A stretch of DNA of 63,746 nt, filler included, from Octopus bimaculoides (lineage: Eukaryota), in the NCBI RefSeq assembly GCF_001194135.2. It is 6 parts of 6 records of this genome, joined end to end, with 100 filler letters (N's around TTAATTAATTAA, not from the genome) between each part and the next. Parts side by side here need not be neighbours in the genome. Positions count along the whole stretch, not along the records: positions 44,974 to 62,170 come from NC_068985.1; positions 62,271 to 63,746 come from NW_026425984.1; 4 more parts are not named here. One strand, written 5' to 3'. A program made the position numbers and the translations under genes. Shown one piece after another: positions 61,955-63,746 of this stretch; position 1 is the stretch's first letter; every line of letters starts with the position of its first letter. The notes beneath the pieces were generated by a model that was not told the DNA's origin, did not search any database, and saw only the letters and a program-made list of their open reading frames with translations.

Positions 61955-62170
61955 TGACCCCTAGGGGTGGATGTTACTGTTGCTTTTAGCCCCAGGAGGA
62001 CATCTCCTCCAGCTGGCTTATCGACACACGACTGTGTCCTGTTTGCCAAGGGAGTTATCCCTCTCACCTCGACCAGCAGCACGAACGTATCCGGATTTCA
62101 GGGTTATTTCCCTTGGTCGGCGTTCGACAGCTGATGACCTTGGTGAGAGAGACAAATCTGGCAAACCTTA
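61955..62170. mobile_element. Probable interspersed repeat fragment, unclassified
   Basis: GC-richer block next to a TA run and scaffold spacer; single copy in the window, so the repeat call is inference. Confidence 0.3.
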
Positions 62171-62270
62171 NNNNNNNNNNNNNNNNNNNNNNNNNNNNNN
62201 NNNNNNNNNNNNNNTTAATTAATTAANNNNNNNNNNNNNNNNNNNNNNNNNNNNNNNNNNNNNNNNNNNN

Positions 62271-62400
62271 GCAAATCTGTGGTATTGAGCAGAATATTTG
62301 CTGTAGGCCATCTTTTATGCAAAGAAAAAACATGTACATTATAATACTTCCAATCAATTAAGATCAGAAGCCCTGAGAGCCACTGCCCGGTACTGCATCA
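62271..62400 (-). mobile_element. Family G 5' part
   Basis: Reverse complement of ~41030-41160; bordered by (GTT/ATT)n at 62401-62460. Confidence 0.7.
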
Positions 62401-63244
62401 TTATTGTTGTTGTTGTTGTCGTTGTTATTGTTATTGCTGTTGTTGTTGTCGTTGTTATTATTCCCAAGGTTGCTGCATAAAATAACGTCGCAGCATAAAC
62501 AGTGAATGTGAGACGAAAAGCTTCGATCTAATGGGCGTCAAGTAATTGAAATGGTACGCAGTACTTTGCGGTACTTTACCAAGCACTGTACTCGCAAAAA
62601 GAGCAAAGGTTGACCTCGGCGGGATTCGAAAGTGACAATGGTTTCTGACATGAAGCATAAAGCCACCGCTACCACCACCATCGCAACCACGAGTTTTGTG
62701 AAGAGAAAGAAAGGAAGGAAGCTTCGGTGATTAAACCATCCCAGAATATAACTGGTACTGGATAAAAGGCAACCTTATCGACACTAAGACATGATCACTG
62801 ACTCTTAGAAAACGGGCGTGCAAATTCCATCCACTGAATTAGCCCCTAATGGCAATTTTTATTTTAGTAACCTCACCCCTAAAACTTCTCCTTTGGCAGG
62901 TTTGGAATTCCGAATGCAGAGGCATTTAATAAAATAAAAAAAATTTAATGAATAAATAAAATTAAAAAATTGACTCCCGGCAGGATATGAACACAGTAAT
63001 GGTGTCTGGTAGAGGGGCATGAACGCCACCAGATTTACATAAGGCATGAAAGTTCAAAATTTTTACAAGTATGGATACGTATGCGTTTGCGACAGCTTTA
63101 CCGTTATTCTAGACGTCTCGTATCTGGACCCATTGCTGTAGAATCTATCTATCTATCTCTCTATCTATCTAATAGAATATAAGAATAAGATGACGGTAAT
63201 GATTTTTATCAGGTAGTCAGGTAGATATGATACAGAGTTTTTGG

Positions 63245-63430
63245 CAGCACTTGAGGTCGTTTTCGCGCTTGTTCCCTTAATATTTTCTTCCTCTGTTTAT
63301 TTCTTGTTTCTGCTGAAGAGCGTAGGCTCGAAACGTAAAAGACTTTTTTACTTCCTGAGCGTTAAACTAATACATCTGTTTGTTGTTTACACACTCGTCT
63401 TCGTCTTTAGTTTTCTTCATAAATTCTCAC
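63245..63430 (+). mobile_element. Family D-related diverged hammerhead-bearing element
   Basis: gaagagcgtaggctcgaaacgtaaaagact...gagcgttaaactaatac...gtttacac...tattctc/aattctc then (TA)n; colinear with 52461-52648. Confidence 0.7.
63305..63342 (+). ncRNA. Minimal type-I hammerhead motif (C6 variant, GUA triplet, weakened stem I)
   Basis: UGUUU-CUGCUGA-A-GAGC(GUAG)GCUC-GAAA-CG-UA-AAAGA. Confidence 0.5.
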
Positions 63431-63551
63431 TATATATATACATATATATATATACAAATATATATACATAAATATATATATACATACACACATATATACT
63501 TACACATACATAATAACTTGCAATAATGACTGCGTACTTGAATTGCTTTGT

Positions 63552-63725
63552 AACCATGTGGTCTCGGGTACAGTCCCACTGCGCGACAGCACCTTGGGCA
63601 AGTGTCTTCTATAACCTTACACCAGTGGAGCTGTTGGCTTAGTGGTTAGAGTGTTGCGCTCATGGTCGCCGGTTCGCGGTTTCGATTGTTGGACCAAACC
63701 ATGAGCTATGCTCTTGAAATAAAAC
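63552..63725 (+). mobile_element. SINE A head fragment (63552-63612) followed by a SINE H-like head (63628-63725)
   Basis: accatgtggtctcgggtacagtcccactgcg...ccttgggcaagtgtcttct; ttggcttagtggttagagtgttgcgctc...gtttcgatt. Confidence 0.6.
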
Positions 63726-63746
63726 GTTTTTTTTTTCTTCTCCACT

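Noticed and set aside
62128-62170. CUGAUGA at ~62130 as a hammerhead core
   Set aside because: No stem II-GAAA or stem I partner visible before the gap.
63143-63200. Helitron 5' end (TCTATCTATCTAATAGAATATAAG)
   Set aside because: No matching 3' hairpin-CTRR found downstream; may be just a TCTA microsatellite.

Overview
AT-rich, gap-riddled eukaryotic (metazoan) genomic DNA dominated by microsatellites and short interspersed repeats. No intact protein-coding gene can be recognised. The repeat families, microsatellite load and 100-bp N/TTAATTAATTAA/N scaffold spacers look like an Octopus-type (cephalopod) draft assembly; this is inferred from recognition and not verified. Supported content: several tRNA-derived SINE families (labelled here A, B/B', H), an RTE-tail-like family C and an (AAT)n-embedded family G. 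Also present are decayed mariner/Tc1, Tigger/pogo, hAT- and piggyBac-type DNA transposons or MITEs, a Helitron-like 3' end, two R4/Dong-type (restriction-like endonuclease) LINE remnants, a CR1-like remnant and a Penelope-like element (PLE) reverse transcriptase fossil. The most striking signal is five short sequences that fold as minimal type-I hammerhead ribozymes of the PLE kind, in two small non-coding element families. Family D (~190 bp) has two nearly identical copies plus a diverged one, all with a non-canonical core position 6. Family E fuses a tRNA-Arg-like Pol III head and a 5' hairpin with a flipped loop to a hammerhead-bearing tail. Together they suggest small ribozyme-bearing non-autonomous retroelements, possibly PLE-mobilised. 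Ribozyme activity, mobility and novelty are untested inferences. A few non-repetitive islands may be exons of a host gene, at low confidence.
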